Source: Octopus sinensis (lineage: Eukaryota). Taken from it: a DNA stretch of 64,000 bases. Shown here in pieces: positions 37,851 through 51,492 of the stretch (positions are counted from its first letter, which is position 1; the number at the start of each line of letters is the position of its first letter). The notes below the pieces were generated by a model, which worked only from the letters and a program-made list of their open reading frames with translations, was not told the origin of the DNA and ran no database searches. Where the stretch lies: positions 27,590,001 through 27,654,000 of the forward strand of contig NC_043016.1 in the NCBI RefSeq assembly GCF_006345805.1. Reading direction: 5' to 3'. Both the position numbers and the translations under genes were made by a program.

Positions 37851-37851
37851 T

Positions 37852-38170
37852 ATAACTGGCACTCTGTCAGTTACGACGACGAGGGTTTCAGTTGATCTGA
37901 TCAGCGGAACAGCCTGCTCGTGAAATTAACGTGCAAGTAACTGAGCACTTCAGACACGCGTGCCTTTAAAGTAGCTAATTCAATGTGACGCACAGTGTGA
38001 CAAAGCTGGCCCTCTGAAGCACAGGTAAAACTAATTTTTGCCAGCTGAGTGGACTGGAGCAATGTAATATAAAGTGTTTTGTTCGACGACATAACGAGCC
38101 GCTGGGAATCGAACTCATGACCTTACCATCTTGATACGATTACCCTAACCGCTAAGCCACTCGCCTTCAC
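37852..38170 (-). mobile_element. tRNA-derived SINE (same head and core as C/D, different tail)
   Basis: The minus-strand head GGCGAGTGGCTTAGCGGTTAGGGT...GAGTTCGATTCCC is followed by the core TTGCTCCAGTCCACTCAGCTG. Confidence 0.7.
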
Positions 38171-38239
38171 GGGCGCGCGCACGCACACACACACACACAC
38201 ACACACACATGTATACAGGGAGAAAAGAGAGGCGCTCTA

Positions 38240-39400
38240 ATTGTAGAGGAATCTCCTTTTTGAGCCGCCTCGGTAAAGGCTACCCAAGATTTCTAGGAAA
38301 GAGAGTAGGGAAAGTGTCGAACCCAAGCTAGCTGAAGAAACGTGTGGCTTCCGTTCTGGATGCAACACAACCGACCAGATCTTCACTCTACAGCGTGTCT
38401 TAGAGAAATAGTGGGAATAGTGTCAAGAGGAATACGCTTTCTTTGTAGATTTCGTAAAGCCTGCGGAACATGCTATGCTAAGTTTTATAGGAGTCTGGAA
38501 TTAATGGGCAACTTTTGGTTGCCATGAAGTCCCTATACGAACGCCTAGACATTTGCTTTCGGGTAAATGGTACACAGCCGAAATCTTTCAACGTGGGTTT
38601 TGGAATTCGGCAGGGGTATATATTGGCATGTCCCCTTTTCATAATATTTATGAGCTGGATCGACATATGCAGCCGTTGTGGATGTAGGATCGGTCGGTTG
38701 ATATTTGCAGACGATATGATGCAATTTGGCTCATGAGGTGATTCTCAGCATGCACTAAATGGATTCGCTGCCGAGTGCTGCAAGGCAGGGACGAGAATTA
38801 GTGTTGCGAAGACTGAGATATTGGTCCTCTCTAGAATGTCTTCCCAGTACATTTTGCATATATGTAGAACATCACTGAAACAAGTTGTGGTGTTTAAGTA
38901 TCTCGGAGTCATATTTACGAATGATAGAAGACAGGCGGTTGAACCGGATTCTAGAATTGCAGATGCTCGCACAATACGTCAGCTTCAGCATTTAATCATC
39001 AGAAGGTGTGATGATTGTAAAAATGCCCAGTTCTCTCTATCTTCAATCTGGTTTTCATTCCTACCCTCACCGGAAGTCATGAATGTAGGGTAATTATCGA
39101 AAGAGTGCGATCTTGAATACAAGTAACATCACTCGACCGGATGCGAAGCTTGGAGATCAGGTCGAGTCACTACTTCTGTGCATTGTGAGATCACAGATTC
39201 GTTGCTACGGACATATGATTAGAATGTCGCAGGAAAGACTCGCATAACAGGTTCTTGAAATTGAGCTCAAGAATGAGATGGTTGGATAATATTCATAGTT
39301 TCAGTTGGTCATCTTTGAGAATACAGCAGGAAAGCAGATAGTTGCTTCTGACAGAACCCTAAGGAGGAGGTGCTTGAGAGCTCTGTCCTCACGATCATCT
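38240..39400 (+). mobile_element. Decayed RTE-type LINE RT fragment (different subfamily)
   Basis: EPKLAEETCGFR...TTDQIFTLQ, GIRQGYILACPLFIIFM, LIFADD and FKYLGVIF. Confidence 0.8.
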
Positions 39401-40065
39401 CAGAAATAGCTGGTGGAGGAGATGGATGGGGGGGGGGGGTTAGATATAATTATAATTTTATCTTTAAACCGTTCTGAAATTAAAACTGTATATATTCCTT
39501 CTGGTTTTAAGAAGTTTCCTTTCAATTTGTTTTTGGCTTCCTTTTATTTAAGCAATTTCGCCCAACATTTTGTCAGAAATATAATCATATCTTCAGTTTT
39601 ATTTAATTCATACCATCCACTTGCTATAAGGCTGCATAGCTTTTTCATGCACCTTCTATCTTGAAACATAAATCCGTTGTAACTCCTCGTTAAAATTTAA
39701 TATTGATAGTAAATATAGATTTTTTTATTTGTAGCTTTCAAACAAGTATAGTAGCAAGTTATTTTCCTTTTATTAACACCATGAATTTTCTCGCAATCGT
39801 TTAGAAATTTCTCCGATAGAGTTTACGAATGATCATCTTTTCTTCTTCATCATTTTTTTTAACACATAGGTGTAAGTTTGGCTGTGTCGTTAAGATGCTC
39901 GCTTTCCATCCATACGGTTTCAGGTTCAGTGCCACTACATGACAGCTTGTGGAAGTGTTTTCTACTGTAGTTCTGGAACGATCAATGATTTGTGGGTCAA
40001 TTTGGCAAACAGAAACTGTATGGAGGCTCGTTGTATATGTGTCCGTTCGCCCGTCTGTGTATCTG

Positions 40066-40168
<103 letters not shown>

Positions 40169-40181
40169 GTCTGTCTGTCTA

Positions 40182-40257
<76 letters not shown>

Positions 40258-41405
40258 AGGCTATTAAGGTATTCACTAAAATTCTTTATCACCTGACCTA
40301 TCTATTCACCATGAAAACTCGAGAAAAAGCTTACTGGAAAACCACAAGGATCTAATGGAGGTAGTGTAGAATGCGCCTGTCACCGTCTGTCAAAGATCGA
40401 ATTGTGACTTAGTAACCACAGAATACCGCCATCACTCGTACCATTTGAATGGTTTTTGTTCCCTCTTGCTTTAATACAAAAACCATAACTCAGACAACGT
40501 AACCTTCATGTTTCGTGTTGAAGGAATGATCGAGAGGTATTCTCGCTGCCAGTTCGTCGGTCGCAATATCTTTTCTAATCTCTTCTTCTTGTTAACTAGT
40601 CACCTCTCCAATCTATTTTTCTCCTACAACAGTTTTTTTACAAAGCGTTATCGATATTGATTTAATCTACGGACACCATAAACTAAAGCTGTCCAAGTTG
40701 ATTACAGGGCCAAAAAAATCTCGTATGCATTCATTCAATGCCTGTATATTGCTGATTTGGGGGTTTATGTCGATCAATCGTTATCACGTGAGAGACGGAA
40801 CTGGCTAGCAAATATTCAGATCTATTATGAAGTCAAACCTCCAACTTCTTTTATTAAAGAAAGGCGAATAATTTCCTATTTCTGGAATCCATGACGAAGG
40901 AAGTTCCTTCCGGGTAAGGATCTCGTCAACTTCTCTCAGTAGCCTTGAGAAGGAAGATGAGTGCAGACAAAGAAGTGGCCTTAACTTCTGTATGTCTTTC
41001 TTAACAACTTGTGTCAAGAAGCAATTGCTGTTGTCTACTTCTTAGCTAAATATTTTGAGATAGTCGTACCCCTTGATGAGACTAAATTATACAAGTAACT
41101 ATATGTAAAAGGAACAGATATCGAAGTGGGGTGCTATTATATTTAATACAGTAAACGATGACTACAATGAGTTAACATTATATCCATAGTAAAGAGATCA
41201 TATTATTATTCCCATTTGGCATGGTTTCTAAGGCTGGATGCCCTTCCTAACGCCAACTATTCCAAGAGTGTAACTGGTGCCTTTACGTTCCACCGACACG
41301 GGTGCCATTTGCATGATACCGGTATCTGCCACGACTGTGATTTTGCTTGGTTTGATGGGTCCTCTTCTCAATCACGACATAATGCCAAAAGTCTCAGTGA
41401 TTACC

Positions 41406-41645
41406 TCAGAATTGAGGTGGTTTCATGGCAAAGAATTCATCAAAGTATCTTTTTACGTCATCCAAGGAATTTAAATTTTTACCATTAAGACTATTCTGCA
41501 GAGACCTGAATAAGTGGAAATCCGAAGGAGCAATATCTGGTGAATATGGACGGTGGGGGTAACACATCCCAGCCGAGCTGCAGCAATTTTTGTCTGGTTC
41601 CCAAAGCATCAAGTGCCGAAAATGAACTTTCTTATCTTCCATTTT
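41406..41645 (-). mobile_element. Mariner deletion derivative (N-terminus fused to C-terminus)
   Basis: MEDKKVHFRHLMLWE joined in frame to HRPYSPDIAPSDFHLFRSLQNSLNGK. Confidence 0.85.
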
Positions 41646-42255
41646 AAAGGGTTACAGAATTAATACAGGTTATAGGAACATAAACCTTCCTCCACGAAAA
41701 GATAGCTTAAACTCTGTTCTAAATGGAGGTGTAGTGAAATCCTATTTTATGGACTCAACCATGTTCTAAAATAAGTCGAAAGGCAAGCTACTATAAATCG
41801 GCACGAACTTTCCGGACAACCCAATACTATACAGGTATGATTCACTGCAGAAGTTCATGAAGAACAACATTTCTTGTGTAGACATAAGGAGGGACTAACG
41901 CATTTTGACCTTCTGAATTTTCACTCTAATTTTAAACTGTTCCTAGTCCTAATCCTAATCCTAACACAGATCAGGTCATTTCACAGCGTGGACTACAGAT
42001 ACTGCGGTAAACCACATGCTAACGTAACATAGAAATTTCTTATGACTGTTGCGATGCCGGTCGAATCAAGTGAATTTATGAACATTAAAATATTATGAGA
42101 CATTGAAGATAGCAGAATGAATTTCTGAATTCAAAAACTAATCAGAACAACTCCCACAAGTAAGCGGAAGCTTTATTTGAAAATTTAGAAAGAAAGATTT
42201 TTATTGGACTTAATAGAAAGAAATCAGATCAAACTTAAATGTCATTACTCTATAG

Positions 42256-42544
42256 CAAACTTTTTCGGGTTGCCGCCCCCTTGACACCTTGGCTACATTC
42301 CTAGCGCCTTAATCCCAAGACTTAGACTTATTTCTGAAGTAAATTCAAAGCAACTGTATTTCATAAATAAAACTTAGCCTAACGAACCCATTATTTTGTT
42401 GTTTTTACATGAATCATTACCCCATTATTGCCCCACATTTTACATGAATTGCTCTTCCATTATCGCCCCACTTTTATTCAACGCCCCTTTGGAAATTTCC
42501 ACTGCCCCCAGGAGAACAATATCTCCCACTTTGAGAACCACTGC
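42256..42544. mobile_element. hAT-type MITE with a damaged left TIR
   Basis: The right end is TTGAGAACCACTG. The flanks CTCTATAG and CTCTATAA are a 7/8-matching 8-bp TSD. Confidence 0.55.
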
Positions 42545-42680
42545 TCTATAATATGCCAGTAACTTACCTCAAAAGAAGTCTTCGGGCAACAATAAAGAGA
42601 AAGAAATTTCTTATAAATGTTGTGATGCACCGCAAATTATCAAAATATATGAATTTTAAAACATTAATTAAGCATTAGTA

Positions 42681-42927
42681 GAGGCGCGTAGCTTAGTGGT
42701 TAGGGTGTCAGCATCATGATCGTAATGTTGTGGCTTCGATTCCTGGACCGGGCGGAGCGTTGTGTTCTTGAGCAAAACACTTCATTTCACGTTGCTCCAG
42801 TCTACTCAGCTGGCAAAAATGAGTAACGCTGCGATGGACTGGCGTCCCGTCCAGCTAGGGAACATATACGCCATTGAAACCGGGCTCGTGAGCCTGGCTA
42901 GGCTTTAAAGGGGCGCGTTAATTTATT
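42681..42927 (+). mobile_element. Full-length tRNA-derived SINE (family C) with V-domain-like segment
   Basis: A/B-box head, then GCGATGGACTGGCGTCCCGTCCAG. The ~17-bp TSD is TTAATTAAGCATTA(A)GTA at 42664-42680 and 42928-42945. Confidence 0.85.
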
Positions 42928-43410
42928 TTAATTAAGCATTAAGTAAGCAGAATGGACTTTCAAATACAAAAGACAGACAGAATAACTAAATAGAGACATT
43001 GTTGGAGCAAAGAAGTAGAAACGTTGTTTTTGAGCATTATGAGACAAATGCAAAAAAGAAATAACGATTCCAGCTCGTGTTGGGATGATTTGTAAAGTAA
43101 ATCTTATTTAGTGGTAGAAATTCAACAGCTTCAAATGCTAAAGTGTTGTTCAGAAAAAAGAATGTATACAAAGGCACATAGCGTATTATTATATATACTG
43201 ATGGAAAAAAAATTCGAATTTCCATTTCCTTGAGAAAACTTAGACATAAACATTTGTTTTCCTTTGTTTACTTTTCGAGATCTATCTGTTTATTTGTGAA
43301 TCTGTCTATCGATGGGGAGAGAGGGAGGGGGAGAAAGAGAGAGAAAAATGTTATGCATACATATGTCTGTGTGTGCATGTCTTTCTATGTTTCTACATAT
43401 CCTTCCTACA

Positions 43411-43479
<69 letters not shown>

Positions 43480-43975
43480 GTGTCTCTACCTATCTATCTG
43501 TCTGTTTGTCTGTCTGTGAATCCATTACAGTTTTTACCTCGATCCCTCTCACTCAGCGCAACAGCAATTTAGACTCCCTGGCACTATCTGTCCATCTCAA
43601 TTTCTTCCAATACATCATTTCAGAAATATAACTGAATGATTGCTTTCTTACAACTACTTTTAAGAAACCCTTTTTATGCTTGAACAATTTGTCATGTATG
43701 AAGAACGTTTAATTTCACAAAGACAAACTGCAACGCAGTGGCAGTGTTTGGGGAAATGTACATAATATGAAGGGAAACTCATTTTGGTAAGCAGATGTTG
43801 AGAGACACCATGAACTTCGTCAGAGACTTTCATAAGAAAATGGAGCAAGATAAGTGCTTCGACAAAGAACTACAAGAGATCTGTCAGAGGAACAACACCA
43901 TCCAACAAAAGAGGCAGCAAAATATTACTTATTCGGGACATAAAATAACAGGATATGCACTAATGTACATAAAAG

Positions 43976-44417
43976 TGTAGTGACGCCTGGTTCCAGACGC
44001 CATTTTGGGATTTTCATCCACGCATGCGCAGGGATTAGTCTTCCTGAAGGCCTGCCAGAAGCCTCTTATGCGCATGCGCAGTCATCATCAGCAGCTAGGC
44101 TTGACCGTTATTTCACTCTCTTCGTCCCCTGCTGCCGACCGAGACAGATGCAACTAGGACCAGCTACGTGGAGCTAGAACTCTGAAGGCGAGCGACGTTG
44201 CGAGTCTATGAATGCCTTCGTATTTTGTGTCTGACTACTAACCCGGCTGCTTCTGCCCACAAGGCGACCAGGCTACTGATGTCCAGAGATGAAATGCTAA
44301 TTTCGGCGAAATAAATTATTGTTATTTGTTCGGAGTTTCTTGTTCCCGCTATTTTCTTTTCTACAACTATGTAAGGAATTGTGAGGCACCTATCAAGTGC
44401 CAACCTCACTTCCTACA
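43976..44417 (+). mobile_element. Probable solo LTR
   Basis: TGTAG...CTACA inverted termini (TG..CA), 442 bp, AATAAA at 44310-44315, and flanks AAAG/ATAG (3/4 TSD). Confidence 0.6.
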
Positions 44418-44899
44418 ATAGCAAAGGGCAGAGTTTTATTCAGTCGGGCGGCTAATCGAAACATTAATGATTTTTCGATCGGTGTTTTCCAATACCAGCT
44501 GCGATTGAATTTGACTTAGTATGCGGTTGGTAGTTGGTACAAATTACCGACAAAACCTAACGACGCAGAAATATACATTTAGCATTCTCATTGCCGCTAA
44601 TGGACGATGTTCGTCTGCTACTGATGATTTTTTTGTGTTTTTAAAAACTGCGTTCATAAGAAAACCTATCTCCGGACGAATACTGCAATTAATTTGCCGT
44701 TTTGCGATGTATCTGCATTAAGTATGATGCACACAGATGGCTATAAAGGTGAAATAAATAAATACAGATGCTTTGCTGCACGCATAGACCTCAGAAGAAA
44801 ATCAAAGGTTTTACAGGCTCTAAATCCATCGCAATGTTGGAAAGATTTCCATATCGTCAGCAGGTATCTCAAGGTCATAAGCGTTTTACTTCTTAGCCT

Positions 44900-46555
44900 G
44901 TACGCTTTACTTGAGTGGGACAGCAAGGACTGAATTAGTCTTCGTCTGCGGAATACTATCATTTGTGGTTGCTTATCAACAATAGCCACCTTGAGCTGGT
45001 TTCAGCTGCCATGCCTATCTCCTTGGTGGCTTTTTTTTTTCAGTTGTTTGAGTTCCAGACCAATCATTTGCAGGAAATAGCGCACCGTTGCAAGTGGAAG
45101 ACCACGACAGCCAACTTCACTAGAGAATGAGGTCGCGTGACATCCCTCGACAAGATCCTCATCGTCCAATTTCTGATAGTTGAAATATTGAGTCTAGCCT
45201 ATGTTCGACCACGATGATTGTTTGTGTTCTCCTGGAGTACAAAAACGTGCCTAGTCGCAATGAAGTTACCGCCATATCCTCTTGGAAGATGAGACTGCCT
45301 TTCAGGTCCACATGCCTCTCACAGTCTGAGGATGGCTGCAAAATAGAAAATAGGTTCCCCGCCATAGCTTTTGTCTTAATAGCCTTGTCACACTTCTTCA
45401 AAAACCTGATACTCTTGGGTGGTAACGGCTGGAGTTTGTTAGTCTTAATCATTCGCAGGTCTGTCCTCTTGTCGATTTCTGTAAGGACCTTGTCATACCT
45501 CCACTTGCATTGACCTTTTCCCAGTACCCTAGAGTATCCGATCAAAATGTGGTTCAGGGTGCAAAGAGTTGCTCCACACTGTTTGCAGGATGTGTTTTCT
45601 TCTTTGTCCCATATTTTAAGGTTATTTGGAGTTGGCAAGAGGTCAGCGACAAGACGATGGAGGAAGGTCAATCTTTCTGGTCAGAGTTTCATAGTTCCTT
45701 CCTGGACATAGGGCGCTCAGGTGCCTAATCCTACTGTTTCCTTGTCCCTGGTGAGCAAACGGTACAGCTTTCACCCGGTGGCCCTCCTCTGTTGAATCTA
45801 TTTTTTGCACTATCAGCTCTTTCTTATTCCTGATACTGGTCTTTTTCTACCACTTGGTGCTGTAGTTACCAAGTCCTAGCCATCCCAGTGGCCATTGCAG
45901 TCTGGGATGATACCATACAGGACGCACCATACCCTGAACCTTTCAAGTAGCTGGCTTCTATTCACTATTCTCAGCCGGTTATCAAGTTGGGGTTTACTTT
46001 TCTTCGATTTTGCCAATATCATTAAGGGTATGATCGTAGTTTTTCCTAAGGCATCGAACTCCTTTTTCTTGGGTGTTTGAATCCCAGACCTCTGGATACT
46101 GAGGATGTCATTTTCCTCCTTTTTTTGATGATACTCGGGCTTTTGCATTCTTGACCCTGTGGCCATCTCTTCCAGCGAGCTCAGTGTCCGCTGTACCCCT
46201 TCGAATGAAAGTGTCATGAGTGTTATGTCATGCATGAAGGCCCTGGAAAGCAACTTTCCAGTGTTTTCATCAATTTCCGGACCTCTCGATTACCTCTCTC
46301 CCACCTTTACTACTAAGTTCATGACCACCACAAATAGCACCACGGAAATTGGGCACCCTGCCATAATGTCCATCTCCAGTCTCTGCCATTTAATGATGAA
46401 ATTGCCCATAATGAACTTCATTTGCAGAGAAACCATGTGCGACATTGTGGGTTTGACTACTGCTTTTGGTACTTGATAGCACTCCAATGTACTTTAGAGT
46501 ACCCTTTGGGGCACGCTTGTGTAAGCTTTGGGAAGATCCAACCATAAAGTTGGCA
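44900..46555 (-). mobile_element. RLE-type non-LTR retrotransposon (HERO-like), internally deleted pseudogene
   Basis: RT: WLDLPKAYTSVP, GCPISVVLFVVVMN and AFMHDITL. Zinc knuckle: LLPTPNNLKIW...CKQCGATLCTLNHIL. Decayed RLE: TSLRLG...IIVVE and EVGCRG. Confidence 0.8.
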
Positions 46556-46599
<44 letters not shown>

Positions 46600-46748
46600 T
46601 ATAATTCGGGTAATAACCTCGTAGCGTGCATTTAAAAGGTCTCATACTGTTTGGCTACTACATGTTATCATAGAGTAGCGTATATTCCAGAACCAGATAC
46701 ACAAGTGAAACTCCTCTAGACATCATCGTATTATATTAGAGAGAGAGG

Positions 46749-46800
<52 letters not shown>

Positions 46801-47415
46801 CAAAGACAGAGACGGACAGACGTGCGTTTACATGTTGCCCTGGGTATGACTTTAACCTACATCGGGTGGTGGAGCTCTAGTTTTGGGAATTCCAGGATTT
46901 GAAGAGAGCTCCTAGATCTACGCTGACCCGTCACGTGGCAGTCGGGGGAGAGAGAAAAAGTGGTAGACCGAAGGAGAGAGAAAGATATAGATATATATAT
47001 ATATATATAGATAGAGAGAGAGAGAGAAAGAGAGAAGACACTGAAATATACGACGCACGAAAAATATTCAAATGAATGGGTAAATATTAAGAAATAAGAA
47101 GCTTGTGTAGCGTTACATTAAATAATAAGTTCTAAAATTTGAACAGAGACGAAACAAAGGAAGAAACGGAAAATTCGCACACAGGACGAGACGTTGCTAA
47201 TTCCACATCAGTTATCGTCCAGAATATCCTTACAGTTTCACGCCTTTAACGATAACATCGTTTACCGTGTCAGCGGCGAGAAGCTGTTGGAAATAGCGAA
47301 CGAACAGGAGACAGTGACGAAAAAAATGTGTGTGTGTGTGTGTGTGTGTGTACATACGCACACACATATGTATGATTGAATTGGTGATGTTCGTATGTAT
47401 GCACAAATAATAATG

Positions 47416-47469
<54 letters not shown>

Positions 47470-47507
47470 TAATAATAATGATGGTGATGATGATGATGAT
47501 AATAATA

Positions 47508-48045
47508 GTGCCAGAGAGTGGCTCTCGTGGCTTCTTAACTAATTGGAAGTGTTATCATGTACATTGTTTTGTCTTGGTATAAAAGATGTACTACTGGAAA
47601 TATTCTGCTCAATACCACAGATTTGCTTGTCAGTTGTTCGACCATAACCAGTTGAGCATGTCCCTTAGTGGCTGACGATATGTGCATCTCTGATCACGAG
47701 CAGAAGTAGTGGGAGAGCATCATAGCCATGTGTTGAGAGGGATTCTTTGGGGTTTGAATAATTCACCTCTGGAAACATGGGTGGTTCTTTCAACATCCTT
47801 AAACAACCCTTATTCAGGGACCGTTTGAGCGGGATGGGCTACTCAATCTGAAGAAAATTCTAACTGGGCACCACCTGCAAGGTCATGTGCTGTTTATCTC
47901 GATATGAGATCACCATGTCGCGCACATATGGTTGTGATGCATGTGCCTGGTGTACCCTTATCAGACGGGTAGTCATGATGGGTATATTGGGCTTCGTCTA
48001 TTTTACCCCAGTGTCACTTTGATGGCATGAACTGCTCTCTCACTC

Positions 48046-48078
<33 letters not shown>

Positions 48079-48082
48079 TATA
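47508..48082 (+). mobile_element. 5'-truncated SINE or LINE-tail-like interspersed repeat with (AAT)n tail
   Basis: A ~540 bp higher-GC segment between (AAT)n tracts ending ...CTCTCTCACTC(AAT)n. No ORF and no head are seen. Confidence 0.55.
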
Positions 48083-48084
48083 AT

Positions 48085-48545
48085 AACGGTTTCAAATTTT
48101 GTCACAAGACAGGCAACTTCGGGGTAGGGTTAAGTCAAGTACATCACCTCCAGTGTTCAAATGGTACTCGTTTTATCGACCCCGAAAGAATGAAAAACAA
48201 AGTCGACCTCGGCTGAATTTGTACTCAGGACGTAAATCGAACGAAATACCGGTAAGCATTTTGTCAGGCGTGCTAGTTAACTGTTCTGCCAGCTCGTCGC
48301 CTTAATAGTAATATATTTCTTTACTGCCCACAAGGGGCTAAACATAGAGGGGAGAAACAAGGACAGACAAAGGGATTAAGTCGATTACATCGACCCCAGT
48401 TGGAAACTGGTACTTTATTTATCGACCCCGAAAGGATGAAAGGCAAAGTCGACCTCGGCGGAATTTGAACTCAGAACGTAACGACAGACGAAATACGGCT
48501 ACGCATTTCGCCCGGCGTGCTAACGTTTCTGCCAGCTCGCCTTAA
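48085..48545 (-). mobile_element. Two tandem SINE family A copies
   Basis: Two family A cores in the same orientation. The second (48310-48545) is near full length. Confidence 0.85.
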
Positions 48546-48741
48546 TAGTAATAATAACAATAACACATATAGTTTAATATTTATATGTTAGTGGGTGTTT
48601 CATAAGCTTTGAGTCTGACTGTATTCTTCCTTTTGTCGGCGATCTGAGTTATATTTTCACTTGCTGTACACATACACAGATAGATGGAGGGATGGGTGGA
48701 TGGATGGATGAATGAATGGATAGATAGATAGATGGATGGAT

Positions 48742-48774
<33 letters not shown>

Positions 48775-48798
48775 TAGATAGATAGGTAGGTATATAGA

Positions 48799-48830
<32 letters not shown>

Positions 48831-48921
48831 TAGATAGATAGATAGATAGATAGGTAGGTAGGTAGGTAGTAGGTAGGTAGATAGATAGATAGATAGATGA
48901 TAGATAGATAGATAGATAGAT

Positions 48922-48964
<43 letters not shown>

Positions 48965-49035
48965 TTAGATAGATAGATTAGTTAGATAGATAGATGGATG
49001 GATGGATGGATATATATATATATATATATATAATA

Positions 49036-49113
<78 letters not shown>

Positions 49114-49729
49114 GGATGGATGGATGGATGGATGGATGGATGGATGGATGGATGGATGGACGGATGGACGGATGGATAGATAGATAGATATACACATATA
49201 CATATATTCATATACATGCATGTGCATATGTATGTTTGAGTGTGTGTGACTGTGTGAATGTATACATGCGTACCCACACACACGAACACACACATGTGCG
49301 CACGCGCGCACATGTGAAACATCCGCACGCGTGCACTGTCAGTGACACACAAAGGAATCGGGAGCAAAAGGTTATCAGGTTATCATTACTAAATCAATAA
49401 AACTAAATATTCAGATATAACATGTTCCGTACGATTGGTTTCGGTACATGAACTCAAAGACCCAAGGAAATTCCTGAGTGCTGATGTGATTTCTGACTGA
49501 GGAACGAACACCAGGAGGAAAAATCAAAAAACAAAAAAAAAATAAATAAATAAAGGGCTGCTCTTGTAGAATGTAGAATTGGGTTTGGTTTGTTACTGGA
49601 TACAATATAATAAATAAGAACCAAGAGTTTTTGGTCGGATATTTTAATGAGCTTTTTTCATCCCATTGTAATGAACACGAAATAACATTTAAAAAGGAAG
49701 AAGAAAAAAAAGAACAGAAGGAAATACAA

Positions 49730-50095
49730 TGACGATGATGATGATGATGATGATGATAATGAGATGATGATGGTGGTGGTGGTGGTGGTGGCGGCGGCGG
49801 CGGCGGTGGTGGTGGTGGTGGTGGTGTGGTGGTGGTGGTGGTGGTGGTGGTGGTGGTGGTGGTGATGGCGGTGGTGGTGGTGGCGGTGGTGGTGAGGACG
49901 ATGATGGTGATAACGATGATGATGATGACGACGACGACGATGATGGTGATGACGATGATGATGATGGTGATGGTAGTGGTGGTTGTAGTAGTCGTGATGA
50001 TGATGGTGTTAATGATGATGATGATGATGACGACGACGACGATGATGGTGATGACGATGATGATGACGACGACGACGACGACGATGACGATGGTA

Positions 50096-50128
<33 letters not shown>

Positions 50129-50405
50129 GTGATGGTAGTGGTGGTTGTAGTAGTCGTGATGATGATGGTGTTAATGATGATGATGATGATGACGACGACG
50201 ATGATGACGACGACGACGACGACGACGACAATGACGGTGACGATGGTGGCGACGGCGGAAGCGGTAGCAGCGGCGGCTGCGACGGTGACTGCGGCGGCAG
50301 TAGCGGCGGCGGTAATGATGGCGGCGGCAATGGCGGCAACAATAGCGGTGGCAATGACGGCGGCGGCGATGGTTATTGTGGTAGTGGTGGTGATGAAGAC
50401 GTTAC

Positions 50406-50448
<43 letters not shown>

Positions 50449-50483
50449 CATGATCATGATCATGATCATGATGATGGTGGTGG

Positions 50484-50517
<34 letters not shown>

Positions 50518-50660
50518 GGTGGTGGTGGTGACGACGATGATGGTGATGACGACGACGACGATGATGGTGATGATGATGATGATGATGAGGAGGAGGAGGA
50601 GGAGGATGAAAGGGGTGGATGAAGATGGTGAAGACGACGACGACGACGAAGATGCTGATG
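49730..50660. repeat. ~930 bp compound trinucleotide tract (GAT/GGT/GAC/GGC/GAG)n with an internal ~160 bp duplication
   Basis: Directly visible. ATGGTGATGGTAGTGGTGGTTGTAGTAGTCGTGATGATGATGGTGTTAATG occurs twice. Confidence 0.95.
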
Positions 50661-51171
50661 GTGGTTGTTGTAGACGTAACGTTCGATGTGTTCGAATAGT
50701 TTATTAGTATTGTTTGTTGTTTCCTCTTCTTACTCCGTATATTTTCTTTTTTTTTTTTTTAAATTTCGCTTTTGGTTCTTGTTTACTCTTAGTTGTAACA
50801 GGAAACCTGATCGGTTAAAGGCCATCTCGTTAACTTGGACACGGGAAAGCTGTTCCATCAAAAAGCAGACAACGTCAGCACCGTAATCGTGTCACTATGA
50901 AAGTGAAAGTGGTTGGTACAGTTTTGAAAGGAATATGAAAACCGTGACAGGATCAAATATTAACGCGGACAAGTCCGTACGTAGGATTGCAGTTCAACAC
51001 CGGGAGAAGATAAATGTTCAGATGGAAGCTCTTGCTCTTTCACATTTTATTGAAGGGACACGTTTCGTTTGTTAGGCGATCCATCTGCCAACACTTAAAT
51101 GAAGCGTGTCTCATGATGTGATAAGCACGTAGACCCTCCATGTTCCTAGCACAGCGGTAGAGAATCTAGAA

Positions 51172-51492
51172 CAGTGGTTCTCAACCGGGGTCTATATGAC
51201 CCATAAGATTTTGGGGGGTCAATACAACAAAATAGCAAATTAGGGATCCAAAATAGTACTTTAAGGCCCTCTGAAAACATTTTGCTTTAGATGTATGTAC
51301 TGGTATGTATTACAAGAAGCAGCTAAGTTTTTTTTTTCGCTAACATTTTACATGCTTCAACCTACACAAGTTAATGTGTGAAAAACAAAATAGGAATTTT
51401 GAAAGAAGTTTCTACAACTATCAGACGGTCGTAGGTGATCCACCAGAATAAAATAGTAATCAAAGGGGTCCATAGATAAAAAAAACACCCTG
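51172..51492. mobile_element. hAT (Charlie-like) MITE
   Basis: It starts CAGTGGTTCTCAACC and ends ...CACCCTG. There is a perfect 8-bp TSD, ATCTAGAA (51164-51171 and 51493-51500), matching the NTCTAGAN preference. Confidence 0.85.

Noticed and set aside
40855-41045. Possible small exon (ttaaag|...CCGG|GTAAGG) and short ORFs on both strands
   Set aside because: There is no recognisable homology and no neighbouring exons. It cannot be distinguished from chance.
42681-42755. tRNA-like cloverleaf heads (also ~24700-24771 and 38100-38170)
   Set aside because: They are followed by SINE body sequence and, where complete, flanked by TSDs, so they are SINE heads rather than tRNA genes.
46600-46670. 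Minus-strand CT(-)ATGA...AAACAGTATG hammerhead-like trace
   Set aside because: The core is missing bases, and there is no helix I and no palindromic helix III.
49411-50707. Long ORFs of 352, 293 and 221 aa
   Set aside because: They are translations of a stop-free trinucleotide tract, open on both strands, with no domain and no splice context.
50790-50920. Possible exon after a polypyrimidine tract
   Set aside because: All frames hit stops relative to the candidate splice sites on both strands.
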